DNA of 64,000 bases from an uncultured bacterium (GTDB taxonomy: Bacteria; Acidobacteriota; HRBIN11; JAKEFK01): the NCBI GenBank assembly GCA_963777505.1, contig CAVZQN010000004.1, positions 1,792,001-1,856,000 of the forward strand, written 5' to 3'. Position 1 is the first letter of the stretch. The number at the start of each line of letters is the position of its first letter. Below, one piece after another: positions 20,653 to 32,602 of this stretch. The translations under genes were made by a program, and so were the position numbers. The notes beneath the pieces were generated by a model, which made no database searches, was not told the DNA's origin, and saw only the letters and a program-made list of their open reading frames with translations.

Positions 20653-23600
20653 TTAGTCCCCGGCTGCCGCTTCGGCAGGCAAGTCTGCAACCATTTTTGA
20701 TTCTGAACTTAGCCAGACTCTTCGTGCCCATGAAGCAGCATCATCAAATAATGTATAAACGAACGGCAAAATAACTAATGTAAGAACTGTTGAAGCAGCA
20801 AGTCCGCCAATAACTGCGCGTGCCAGGGGATAATAGCTCAGACCTAACAACGCACTGCTCCCGATTGCCAAAGGAACTAAACCCAGAATTGTTGTCGCTG
20901 CTGTCATCAAGATGGGTCGCAAACGATCATTGCCAGCTTGTAATAGCGCATCCATTCGTGAGACTCCCGATTCACGCAATTGATGGACTCGATCAATTAA
21001 AACAATTCCGTTTCTGACAACAACTCCGATTAAGATTAGCAACCCAATTTGTGCCATCAAGTTGAACGGAGTATTTGTGGCCCAAAGCAGCCAGAACACA
21101 CCGACAAGTGCAAATGGAATAGAAATAATAATGGACAAAGGATGAATCAGCGATTCAAAAAGTGAAGCCATTACGATATAGACAAGTGCAAGCGCAAGCA
21201 GGAAGTTAATCATCATTACTTTGCCATCTTCATCCGATTGCATAACACGCCTATCAAAGCTCCATGAATATCCTGCTGGAAGTTTCATCGTATTCATTTG
21301 AGAGGTGATGTTGTCTTTCATCTTCTCCCAGTCTTTGCCACTGCCTTCAAATAACGCTTTCAACGAAACGAAATTTTTGCGATTCTGGCGTTCAAGCTGA
21401 TTTTGACCTTCGACTGTATAGAAATCCACAAATGTGCGAAGAGCAGCGGGACCATTTGGTGTTCCAATCTGCAAATTTTTCAAGTCCTCAATGTTGGCGC
21501 GGTCTTCAATACGAAGTCCAAGAACCATGTCGATTTCTTTTTCGGCAGTCGTGTATCTTGGAAGGCGTTGTCCACCCAGCGTAAACATTTGAATCTGAGA
21601 AAGATCTTGCGGAGTGACTCCAGCTTTAATCGCTTTCTCACGATTCAATACCATTTGAACTTCTCCGCGTCCTGATTCGCTATCGAGACGGAGGTCCTCA
21701 ATTCCTTTAAGCTTTGCAAGACGTGACTCGGCATCACGCGCCAGAACTTTCAGTTCATCGATATCTTCACCGTATAAATACACGGAAAAGAATCTTGTAT
21801 CTCCGCCGGCTTCTTCGTCTTCATCTTCAAAATAGATTTTGACACCGCCGAATTTCGGCAATTCTTCGCGAAGCTTTTCCCGGAACGCCTTTGCTTCTTC
21901 GGCAGTCATATCATCCCGTTTAAACGTCACAACGGTCATCGCATTGCTATCAGAGAAGAAGGAATAAATGGATTCCATCGGATAGTCTTTCTTTTTTGTG
22001 TCCAGGAATTTTTCAACTTTCGTAACGATGTCTTCAACATCTGATTTGTAAGTAAAATCTGAGAACTCATATTCCACTTGCTGTCGTTTGTTTTTTCCAC
22101 CCGCAAAGGTACCTTTTTGGAGATGCTGTAAAGGCAAATAGACACTTCCCATTAGCACGATTGCAATGACAGCTGTTAGCCATCGATGGCGAAATGTCCA
22201 TCCGAGAGAAGCAACGTACTTATGCCGCATCCATGTAATGATGCGAGCCTCAGGTGCTTCCTTTTCTCGCAGGTAACGAGAGGTGACAAGGGGTATTAAC
22301 GTCAAAGAAAGGAAGAGTGAACATAACAGTGAAACAGTGATTGCGATTCCGATTTCAGAAAGGAATGTCGTGATGTTTGTTTTCTTTCCCACGATTAATG
22401 GAAGGAATACGATGATCGTTGTGATTGTAGACATCGTCACCGCGAGTGCTACCGAATTTGATCCTTTTTCCGAAGCTTCCAGTTTGTGCATTCCTTCTTG
22501 ACGGCACTTATAAATGGATTCAAGAACGACAATTGCATCATCAACAAGCATCCCGACTGCAAGCATCAAGCCCATCATCGACATTACATTGAATGTCATG
22601 CCGAGGTAATAAAGTGCTGCAGTGCCGCATAAGAGTGAGATTGGAATAGCAAGGCTAACTACGAGAGTCATATCCAGCCGTCGCAAGAAAACGTAAAGGA
22701 TTACAAGCGCGAAGAGTCCGCCCCAAAGTCCGCCTTCGGTAATTCCCGCAAGTCCATTTGTAATTTCGGCAGCTTGATCTTCCCAAACAAACAAACTAAT
22801 TCCTTTCAAATCCGGATCTTTAGGAAAGTCCTCTTTGATGAGTTTTGTTACCTGCGATGCAACGTCAACGGTATTTGCTGTTGGTTCTTTAAAAACCTGC
22901 ACCGCAACTGCATAGGAATGATTTAAATGTCTTCCGAACTCTAACGCCGGTTCCTGGTAACTAATTTCAGCAACATCTTTCAGCCGCAGGCCATGATCGT
23001 TTACAGGTAAATTTTCCAGCGCTCCGAAGTCCGGATAGTTTCCAAGAGAACGAACTGTTATCACATTACTTTCGCTCCGGATTTTTCCGACGCTTACATT
23101 GGCTCCATTTTTCTGCAGTAATTCCGCAAGCCGGCCTATATCGATATTGTGTTCGCGGATCTTGTTCAGGATTAAATCTACATAAATGACTTTTGGGTTG
23201 ACGCCTTCAAGATCAACGCGCGCAACTCCTGCAATCCGCTGAATCGGAACCTTAATTTTCTTTTCCAGCAAATCGTAGTTCGAAGCCAAATCGATTCCGG
23301 GAGCTGACAAACGAGCCTGAACTACAGGAATATCATTTGAGCTGAAGTTGAAAATGTTGATGTGTTCTACGTCAGCAGGAAGCTCCGGCCGTACCATTTC
23401 AACCTTTTCTCCGATTTCAGTGCGGATTAGATCCAGCTTCAATCCCCAATCGAATTCGCAGCTCAATTTCGGCGCCATCAGCCGTTGCACTCGAATTCAT
23501 GTTCTTGACTCCACTCATTGTGGAAAGTGCTTCTTCGATCGGCTTTACAATGTTCTTTTCAATTTGGGTAGGACTCGAATTTGGATAATCAACTCGAATC

Positions 23601-23737
23601 ATGACGACTGGAAAATCTACGCTTGGCAGATAGGCCAACTTCATGCGCGTAGCAGCGATCGCACCAAGCACAACGATGCTGGCTAAAATAACAACTGTTG
23701 TAATCGGTTTCTTGATCGCGAAGCTGGCGAGATTCAT
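20653..23737 (-). CDS. RND (AcrB/AcrD/AcrF family) efflux permease, second subunit; frameshift near 23459
   Basis: Joined ORFs (IEL|EFDWG) give ~1,027 aa with GMLVDDAIVVLE and RLRPILMT motifs. Confidence 0.9.
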
Positions 23738-26700
23738 GCTTCGGCCTCCTTTGCAGGCATTGCAGCAGGAACATCGGCTGCAACTTTCTCACGTTCAGTG
23801 ATGCTGTAAAGGATTGGGATGATGATCATCGTTAAAATTGTCGAAACTGTAAGTCCGCCGATTACGGTGATCGCCAGAGGAGCACGGATTTCCGAACCTT
23901 CGCCGGTGCTGAAAGCCATCGGAATCAATCCAAGCAATGTTGTAAGCGTGGTCATGATAATGGGACGAATACGAACATTACCGGCTTCGATAATTGCATC
24001 AACCATGTTGAGTCCATTTTTGCGGCCATGATTGATGTAATCCACCAGAATAATTCCGTTCTTTACAACAATTCCTGCAAGGATAATGAAGCCCATAAAT
24101 ACAATTACGCTTATTTCCTGCTGAGTAATCCACAGAATCCATGCAATACCAATCACCGAAAGCGGCACGGTAAACATGAGTACGAAAGGTTGTTTCAAGG
24201 ATTCAAATTGTGCGGCCATTACGAAGTAGACAAGGAAGATTGAAAGTCCAGCTACGAGATACAATGAACGGAACGAGCGCTGCAGTTCTTCATTTTGACC
24301 GCCAAGAATCGCATTTACCTTCGCAGGCATTTGAGTTTCACTGATTACACGATTAATCTCTTGCGATACTTGACCAAGACTTGCACCACTCAAGTTTGCT
24401 GAAATGACGATTGACCGTTTTTGATTAATGCGACGAATTTCATTCGGACCGCGTCCGCTGACTACCTGTGCAACTGCCTTCAGCGGCACGGCAATATTTT
24501 CAACACGAGCGATCGTCATGTTTTGTAAATCTTCAATCGAATCGCGATCAATGTCTTCGTTCCAAACTCGAATGTCGATTTCTTCATCACCTTCGCGGAA
24601 CTCTGTCGCGATGTCGCCTCGAACTTTGCTTCTCAAAATATTCGCAACGTCCTGAAGATTCAGATTAAAGCGTGCTAGCTGTTCGCGATTAAAAAGAATG
24701 TGAGCTTCAGGCGATCCTTCTTCCCAGCTTGATTTGATATCGGTTAGACCAGTGAGCCCTTTCATCCGTGTTTCGAGCTCTTGAGCTGTTTTGCTGGTCA
24801 TTTCAAGATCATCACCATATACCTCAACTTCAACCGGAGTGCGGAAGCTGAATAGACTTGGACGTTGCATCTTGTAAAGCAAATCGGGATGACGATCCAG
24901 GATGCCGCGGATTTTTTCTGCAGTTTGTTCTTCTGCGAGTTGAAGGTCTTTTCCATCAACTTTTATGTTCAACACTGCGGAATTCTCATAACTCTCTGCA
25001 GCGGTCCAGCTAACGTTTGCATTTCGCCCTAGCAGAAGCATGCAGGTTTTAACTTCCGGAATTGTGCGCACTTTATCTTCTACATTTCTCAGTACTTTTT
25101 CAGTTTGCGAAAGAGGTGTACCTTGTGGCAACTCTATTTGGAAACTGAATTCACCTTGACTGACTGGAGGAATCAGCTCAACGCCAAGACTTCCGAGCAT
25201 TAATACTGACAAGAATACAAGCGCGGCAGTGGCTGCAAGCACAGTCCAGCGAAAACGCAGCGCACCCCTCAGAATGCCAGGATACGATTTGTAAAAAACA
25301 TTGAGAAGGGCATCCGTCAGTTTAACAAAGGGTGCAATCAACTTTGATAGGATCATGCCGATAATACGGAACAGCTTTCGGAGGAACACTAGAATCAGTG
25401 TCGGTCCTTTATGGAAAACTGCGCGCGAAACACGATTTTTATATTGTGGAATTTCAGAAGGATCCTTTTTAAGTCCGCGTGAAAAAAGCATCGGAATTAA
25501 AGCAAATGCAGAAATCATCGAAACCAGAAGGGAAACGGTGACTGTGATTGCCAGGTCTTTGAACATCTGACCGGCAATTCCTTCAATAAAAGAAATAGGA
25601 AGGAATACAACGACTGTAGTAAGCGTACTTGCAGTAACGGCGAGGCCAACTTCTTTTGTGCCTTCATATGCAGCTTTGGCCAATGGCGCTCCAGCTTTGT
25701 AATGCCGGACGATCGACTCAAGTACAACGATTGCATCATCCACAAGCATTCCAACGCCGAGCGCGAGTCCGCCAAGTGACATGATGTTCAGCTTGAGTCC
25801 CAAGTTGATACATGACGAAAAATGTTGTGATGATTGAAATCGGAATTGATAGACCGATGATGACCGTAGACCGGAATTCTTTTAAGAAGAAGAACAGTAT
25901 AAAGATTGCAAGCAGACCGCCGATAATTGCATTGTCGCGAACTTCATTGATCGAATCCTGAATGAACTTCGACTGATCGAACATAATGTCCATTCCGATA
26001 TTGGTTTTGGATGATGAACCAAGAGATGATTTCTGGATTGATTCCAGTCTTTGCTTTGCGGCACGTGCAACCTGGACTGTGTTTGCATCGCCTTCTTTGA
26101 ATATTGCAAGTTCAACGCCTTCTTTGCCGTTGATGCGTGTAATGACTTCACGTTCCTTGGTTCCTCTTTCAACTCGCGCAACATCACGCAATAAAATTTT
26201 GCGTTGATTGTCTTCCTTCACGATCAGTTCCGAAAGATCGTTCACTCGCTGAAATTCATTTAAAGTACGAACAAGATATCGGGCTTCATTTTCATACAGA
26301 CTTCCGCCAGCGATGTTTACGTTGTTTCTTGATAGCGTATTGTTGACATCTTCAACAGTTAAGCCGAGTCCAGCGAGTTTTGTTTCATCAAGATAAACAT
26401 GGATTTCTTCTTCCAATCCACCGTTAATTTTTACTGCTGCAATGCCATCCAATGATTCGAGATCTTTTTTGATTGTCTTTTCCGCGAACATACGCAGTTC
26501 AACCAGATTGGAACCACCGCTCAGAATCACGCGCAAGATAGGATCGTTGGAAGGATCAAAACGCAGAACATTTGGTTTTTCTGCATCCCGGGGAAGTTGA
26601 ATCAGATCAATTTTTTCGCGGACATCCAGTGCTGCGAAATTCATGTTGGTATCCCAACCGAATTCCATCGTTACTTCAGATACACCGGCACGGCTGCGGC

Positions 26701-26944
26701 TTGTGATCCGTTGTACACCAGATACAACAGCGACCGCTTCTTCAATCGGTTTCGAAATTAAGTTCTCAACTTCGTTCGGCGCTGCTTGTGCATATTTTGT
26801 TTCAACCGTAAGACTTGGATATGAAATATCCGGCAGGAGGTTGATCGGAAGACGGTTGAATGCCACCAGGCCGAACATGATCACTGCAACAGTGACCATG
26901 CCGACTGTAATAGGACGCCTGATTGAGATATCCGCGATTTTCAT
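23734..26944 (-). CDS. RND (AcrB/AcrD/AcrF family) efflux permease, first subunit; frameshift near 25800
   Basis: Joined ORFs (YQLG|LKLNIMSLGG) give ~1,069 aa with SIRRPI, GMLVDDAIVV and RIRPIIMT motifs. Confidence 0.9.
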
Positions 26945-26954
26945 GACTCGACCC

Positions 26955-28050
26955 TCAGCGACTCGCTACAACTTCAGCGCGCGAGCCATCACGTAATGAA
27001 CCCTGGCCGGCTGTAACAACCGTATTGCCATCGCCAATTCCCTTTAGAATTTCAGCATTCATATCATCGGTAAAACCAACCTGAACACTGCGGCGTACAA
27101 CAAGATCTTTGTTGAGCAAGAAAACATATTTTTCGCCAGCTTCTTCAACGAGTGCTTTCTTTGGAATTAATAGTGCATTGTCATGCCGTTGTGTAACCAA
27201 TTTTACATCCACGAAAGATCCGGGACGTACTGAATCGGGCGCACTATTAATAAGGATAGTGATTTTTACTGTACCTGTCTTTGCATCGACTGCAGGATTG
27301 ATTTGATCGATTTTTCCTGAGAAGCGAACATCCTTTTGTGCATTCAACGTCAGATTTACTTGCTGATTCTTTTCAATTCCAAATACTTCTTTTTCCGGAA
27401 GGAATATGCGGGCTTTTAACGGATCTCTGTCCAACAAGGTAAATAATTGGTTACCTAAGGAAATGTTTTGTCCCTTTTCAATATAACGTTCGGTAATGAT
27501 CCCTGAAAATGGAGCCCGAATTGTTAACCGTTCGTGCGCCACTCTGGCCGCCTTTAGTTGAGACTCGGCAACATCCTTTTCAAATTTCGCCTTATCATAG
27601 TCAGCTAGACTGATGATTTTCTGCTGGTAGGAAGCTTCCTTACGATTTAGCTCTGTATTTGCGTTTTGCAAACGCATTTCTGCTGTTTGAACATCAACGA
27701 CTTTTTGGCTATCAGAAAAAGAAGCTAAGACCTGTCCTTCGCTAACAAAGGTACCTTCCTCAACATTCAGACGTGAAACTGTGCCTGTAGTTTCAGAAAG
27801 TATCGTAACTTGCTTGTCTGCTTCCAGAGTTGCAGTCGTTACGATCCAGCTGCTGATAGACCCTTTTTTAGCAACAGCGATTTCAACTGGAAGTTTCTTT
27901 TCTCCTTTCCTTTTCCTTCTTTTCATTTTTTGCTTTGTCTTTTGTGGCGCTGCTTGTAGCTAACGATGGCATCAACAGGAAAACCGTTGCAAGCCCTCCA
28001 ATCGCTAGTACAACCACCAGAACGCTAACAAACGGATGACGCTTTATCAT
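26955..28050 (-). CDS. RND periplasmic adaptor (MFP) subunit; frameshift near 27905
   Basis: N-terminal TM in ORF 27883-28107 plus the MFP body (V.EG..V.EGQVL, IRAPFSGII, RPGSFV) in ORF 26955-27926. Confidence 0.88.
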
Positions 28051-28110
28051 GTTCATACCCTCCTGCCATGCAGATCGTTTCTGTGGATGTCGTTCATTTT
28101 CAATCATCTA

Positions 28111-28136
28111 TACGTGACCCTTTCTTATTTAGTTCC
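28111..28136 (-). promoter_or_regulatory. Candidate ECF-sigma promoter of the RND operon
   Basis: The minus strand reads GGAACT-N16-CGTA, ~60 bp upstream of the MFP start. Confidence 0.5.
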
Positions 28137-28218
28137 GTCAAAATTTGGAAAAGTTTACGCCAAACTTGCATCATAAAATCTCATTGCCGCTGAGCATCGC
28201 ACACGCTATCATGTTGCG

Positions 28219-28716
28219 ATGACGATCAAGCTCGACCTTGGGGCTGGCCGGATAAAACGGGACGGTTTCTACAGTGTAGACCGCCAGTTAACCGATAATG
28301 TGGACCTGGTATGCGATGTTGAAACGAAATTGCCTTTTCGGGACAATTCCGTGGACGAAGTATTCAGCCGTCACTTGTTTGAACATGTAACTAATCTCAT
28401 TCAGCTTTTTGAAGAAGTTCACCGCATCTGCAAGCCCGGTGCCCGGGTCATTATAAATGTTCCTTATTACACCTCTGTTAAGGCGTACAAGGATCCTACT
28501 CACGTTAATTTCTTTACAGAAAAAACGTTTGAATATTTTGAGGGAAAAAACTGGGAGAATTTTGAATTCCCTTTTAAAGGGGCTTTTCGTATTTCCAAGA
28601 TCGAGTATTTGTATCAAAGACCCTTTCATAAGTATTTTCCCTTGATTAACTTCTGGCGCCGTATCTTATTGAACACTGTCACATCTATGATCACGGAGCT
28701 GGAAGTGATCAAATAA
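28219..28716 (+). CDS. Class I SAM-dependent methyltransferase (Methyltransf_11-like)
   Basis: LDLGAG, LPFRDNSVD, HLFEH, RICKPGA and DPTH motifs. Confidence 0.85.
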   Translation: MTIKLDLGAGRIKRDGFYSVDRQLTDNVDLVCDVETKLPFRDNSVDEVFSRHLFEHVTNLIQLFEEVHRICKPGARVIINVPYYTSVKAYKDPTHVNFFTEKTFEYFEGKNWENFEFPFKGAFRISKIEYLYQRPFHKYFPLINFWRRILLNTVTSMITELEVIK

Positions 28717-28768
28717 CATAACTAAAGACGGAAAAAATGTCCAAAAGTTCGGATATGGGACTATATTT

Positions 28769-28870
28769 GAGGCCCGGCCTTGCGGTAGTGGGAATCGAAG
28801 GCCGGGCCTCAGAAATGTGCGCGACTCTGAGGCCCGGGTCTCGCACCTCACCACCGCCGACCCGGGCCTC
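28769..28870. repeat. REP-like palindrome family C, double copy
   Basis: Two consecutive GAGGCCCGG...CCGGGCCTC hairpins. Confidence 0.75.
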
Positions 28871-28886
28871 GTCATAGGAGGGAGAT

Positions 28887-29778
28887 ATGAAATGTCAAAA
28901 TTGTGAAGGTTCTCTTAAGGAAGGGGCAGTTTTTTGTACTCAATGCGGATTTCGAGTACCGCCATTGGCGGTACCTGTAGAGCTTCCTGAACCGCCCCCG
29001 GCGCCGGCTCCGCCAAAGATTCCAGCTGCATTTATGGCTACACCTTCGGGCAGTCTAAGTTCCGGAGATGGTTATCGTATTGCGGAAGGTCCTGCATTTG
29101 CTGTTTTGACGGTGTATCTTCAGGACAATCAGTCAATGACCGCCGAATCAGGCGCTATGGTCGCAATGTCTTCAAATATTGAGTTGCAAAGTGAAATGAA
29201 AGGCGGCCTGATGGGCGCATTGAAAAGGAAAATTACAGGGGAATCAATATTTCAATCGACATTTACTGCACGCGGGAGGACCAGGAGAAGTTCTACTCGC
29301 GCCAGCAAGTTTAGGGGATATTGCAGCCTTGCAATTGGCCGGTCATACATATCTTGTGCAAAGCAGTTCGTTTCTTGCTGCAGATTTAACTCTTACGATG
29401 GACACAAAATTCGCAGGAGCCAAAGGATTTTTTGCGCGCGAAGGCTTGTTCATGATTCACATTAGTGGCACGGGACGTTTATTTATTTCAAGTTTTGGAT
29501 CGATCGTTCGGAAATCTTTAGCGCCTGGGGAACGCTATGTTGTGGATACAGGTCATATCGTTGCATTCGAAAATACAATTCAATATTCCTTGCGCAAAGC
29601 TTCTCAACAAGGCTGGATCCGCTCTGCAATGAGTGGGGAAGGGATGGTTGCAGAATATGTAGGGCCCGGAACGTTGTACTTACAAACTCGTGATATTACC
29701 GCATTTGCAGGATGGCTTGCGCCGTTTTTTCCAACACAAGGAAAAGGTGGTGGCTTATCATTTAATATTGGAGATTAA
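28887..29778 (+). CDS. TIGR00266/AIM24 family protein with N-terminal zinc ribbon and Pro-rich linker; frameshift near 29276
   Basis: CxxC...CxxCG, AESGAMVAMS, GESIF, (ARG|GPGEVLLAP), GEGMV..Y.GPG.LYLQTR. Confidence 0.88.
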
Positions 29779-29796
29779 CTTTGTGTCTTTGCGGTT

Positions 29797-31086
29797 TTAA
29801 TTCTTCACCTGTTCTGTTGCTCTCACATTCGAAACAGAGAGTTGAGATCCGACTCCCGGTGAACGTACGGCTTTTTCTAACGCAGTTTTAACTTGAGCAA
29901 CTGATGCATATCGCGCGGCGGGTTCTTTCTCCAAACATTTTAGAATGACTGTCTCAATTTCTTCGGGCAGCTGCGGATTGATTTCGCGCGGTGGACGTGG
30001 CGGATCTTTCATTTGCATAAAGCCGACAGCAATAGCAGAATCTCCACTGAATGGAACTCTTCCAGTGAATAATTCATACAAAATAATTCCAAGCGCATAA
30101 ATGTCTGCTCGTTCATCAACCCGTTTTCCTGCGACCTGCTCTGGCGCCATGTATTCGGGAGTCCCCATGATTAACCCTGTCGCTGTCATCCCTTGAAGAT
30201 GTGCACTGTGAGCCAGTCCGAAATCAATAATCTTCAAATGTCCGGAAGGGGCTATGATGATGTTTTGCGATTTTAGATCTCTGTGAATCACACCTTGCTT
30301 GTGTGCTTCTTCAAGGCCATCGCAAATTTGTGACGCGATGTTGTATGACTCCATCATCGAAAGCGAACCGCCATGACGGATATGCTCCTTCAATGTTGTT
30401 CCGTAGAAATATTCCATCGAAACATAATGAAGGCCTTTTGTTTCTGCGATGTCATGAATGCGAATTACATTTGGATGCGTAATGCGGCGTGCAGCCGAGA
30501 CTTCACGCTTCATCCGATCAAGGGCATCTGTATCATTACTAAGCAGCGGTGAAAGAATTTTGATTGCAACCTGTTCATTCAGTTGTTTATCGTGCGCTTG
30601 AAAAACGATCCCCATACCGCCTCGTCCCAGCTCTTGTAATATTTGATAGCGTCCTTCCAGCGCAGATGCAATGTTCATGAAAGCCGTCGGCATCTGGCTG
30701 ACACCTGCAGGATTTCCCACACCGGAGCTCAACATTCTGGCCATGCTCAAGGATTTTTCCATTTGTAAATTAATTTCGCGATCCATATTGCATAGCATGG
30801 ATTCCAGATTTTCTACACGTTCTTGCATCCTCTTGAGTTGAGCTTCGGTTTGTGGATTTGAGGCGGAAGTTATTTGACGCACTTCCATTTCCTGTTTCGC
30901 TAACTTCCTTTTATGCCAGAGCCAAAACGGAACAGTAATCATTGCAGTTCCAGAAAGGATTGCAATCATCGGCACCATGATTTCTACGCGATGTCCGAAG
31001 GCACCGAAAGCCGCCATACCGAGCACGGCATAAATGACTGCATTCCAATTTAAACGGTTCGATTTTTCTTTCTTTTCTTCAGCCAT
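29797..31086 (-). CDS. Ser/Thr protein kinase with N-terminal TM helices and a PspB-like coiled coil
   Basis: GRGGMG, VAIK, HRDLKSQN, DFG, GTPEYMAPE; N-terminal PFWLWH...RMQERVENLESML. Confidence 0.9.
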   Translation of the reverse strand: MAEEKKEKSNRLNWNAVIYAVLGMAAFGAFGHRVEIMVPMIAILSGTAMITVPFWLWHKRKLAKQEMEVRQITSASNPQTEAQLKRMQERVENLESMLCNMDREINLQMEKSLSMARMLSSGVGNPAGVSQMPTAFMNIASALEGRYQILQELGRGGMGIVFQAHDKQLNEQVAIKILSPLLSNDTDALDRMKREVSAARRITHPNVIRIHDIAETKGLHYVSMEYFYGTTLKEHIRHGGSLSMMESYNIASQICDGLEEAHKQGVIHRDLKSQNIIIAPSGHLKIIDFGLAHSAHLQGMTATGLIMGTPEYMAPEQVAGKRVDERADIYALGIILYELFTGRVPFSGDSAIAVGFMQMKDPPRPPREINPQLPEEIETVILKCLEKEPAARYASVAQVKTALEKAVRSPGVGSQLSVSNVRATEQVKN

Positions 31087-31087
31087 G

Positions 31088-32269
31088 TTAGTTCCGAATT
31101 GTTTCTAAGCCTTTTTTGGAAGTTTTGACATCAACTGCACCAGGAAAACGTTCAGCAGAACTTGAGAGATCCAATTTCAATTCTGAAACAGAGGAATACC
31201 GGCGGGAAGGTTCCTTTTCTAATGCTTTCAAGATCACCTGTTCAATATGAGCCGGAATTTGTGGATTGATTTCGCGTGGCTTCACTGGCTCTTCTTTCAT
31301 TTGCATAAATCCAACACCGATCGCTGATTCTCCTTTAAAAGGAACTCTTCCAGTAAACAACTCATACAAGATAATTCCTAACGAATAAATGTCCGCTCTT
31401 TCGTCTACTCGTTTTCCGGCTACTTGTTCCGGGGCCATATATTCTGGCGTTCCCATGATCAAGCCTGTTGCTGTCATTCCTTCCATGTGGGTCGTATGAG
31501 CAAGACCAAAATCGATAATCTTGAGGTGTCCGTTTGCATTGATAATAATATTCTGAGACTTTAAGTCGCGATGAATGATCCCACCACGATGGGCTGCATC
31601 AAGTCCATCACAAATTTGACTTGCAATTTGCCACGCTTGAATTCCTGAAAGAGCACCTTGTTGTTTAATATATTCCTTCAAGCTCTGGCCATGAAAATAT
31701 TCCATTGAAACAAAGTGTAGTCCATTCATTTCTGCAATATCATGAATCCGAATCACATTTTGATGCGTGACACGCCGCGCTGCAGATACTTCACGTTTCA
31801 GGCGTTCCAATGCATCGACGTTTGTGCTTAATATCGGCGATAAAATCTTGATAGCTACCTGTTCGCGTAATTCCTTGTCATGGGCCTGAAATACGATTCC
31901 CATTCCGCCACGACCCAACTCCTTTAGAATTTGGAATCTCGCTTCCAGGGCAGAAGCTACATTCATAAAGGTAGTCGGCATCTGGCTTACACCAGCATCA
32001 CCTACGGAGGTAATAATTCTTCCTGAGGAAAGTGACTTTTCAATTTGTACGTTGAGTTCGGAATCCAAACGGCAAACAAGATTTTCAAGGTTTTCTACGC
32101 GTTCTCTTAATTTGGTTACCTCGCCTGTATCCGTTTTTGTGATCTTTAAGGCTTCCTTTGCCAATTCGGCTTTGTGCCTTAACCATTTGGGAACCAGGAT
32201 CCAGGCAGTCACTGCGGCAAAAAAGACGAGCGGGACCAAAACGTCTTCCATACCGCTAATCATAACCAA
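31088..32269 (-). CDS. Ser/Thr protein kinase with an N-terminal TM helix and a PspB-like coiled coil (paralog)
   Basis: Same catalytic motifs; N-terminal VPLVFFAAVTAWILVPKWLRH...LRERVENLENLV. Confidence 0.9.
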   Translation of the reverse strand: MVMISGMEDVLVPLVFFAAVTAWILVPKWLRHKAELAKEALKITKTDTGEVTKLRERVENLENLVCRLDSELNVQIEKSLSSGRIITSVGDAGVSQMPTTFMNVASALEARFQILKELGRGGMGIVFQAHDKELREQVAIKILSPILSTNVDALERLKREVSAARRVTHQNVIRIHDIAEMNGLHFVSMEYFHGQSLKEYIKQQGALSGIQAWQIASQICDGLDAAHRGGIIHRDLKSQNIIINANGHLKIIDFGLAHTTHMEGMTATGLIMGTPEYMAPEQVAGKRVDERADIYSLGIILYELFTGRVPFKGESAIGVGFMQMKEEPVKPREINPQIPAHIEQVILKALEKEPSRRYSSVSELKLDLSSSAERFPGAVDVKTSKKGLETIRN

Positions 32270-32299
32270 CGTACCCCCGATTTCAAACGACCTTGTTTG

Positions 32300-32433
32300 A
32301 ATGCGGAATTCGGAATGCAGAATGCGGAATATGAAATGCGTATTTTTTGTTGACTTCAGTAATTCAAAACAGAATCAAAATCAATTTCTAAAGCTTAATT
32401 TATAGCCCGCATTCCGCACTCCGCATTCCGAAT
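32300..32433. repeat. Inverted arrays of a 7-bp repeat (AATGCGG / CCGCATT)
   Basis: AATGCGGAATTCGGAATGCAGAATGCGGAAT on the left and ATTCCGCACTCCGCATTCCGAAT on the right. Confidence 0.7.
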
Positions 32434-32511
32434 TTTGGATGAAAAATGGACATTTTTTGACCTTCCATAATCAACAGTTTATCGTCGACAAGATCGTAGT
32501 ATTACAATGGG

Positions 32512-32602
32512 CTTACGTAACACTTGACAAATAATACGTAAGATGATAATGTTCATTTGACAAATGTAGTACGTAGAAATATGGATCAACTTGCGTACTA
32601 CA
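32512..32602. promoter_or_regulatory. Divergent promoter region with operator-like inverted repeats
   Basis: TTGACA at 32524 and 32557; CTTACGTA...TACGTAAG; GACAAATGTA (KACAnnTGTA-like); TGTAGTACG-N20-CGTACTACA. Confidence 0.55.
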
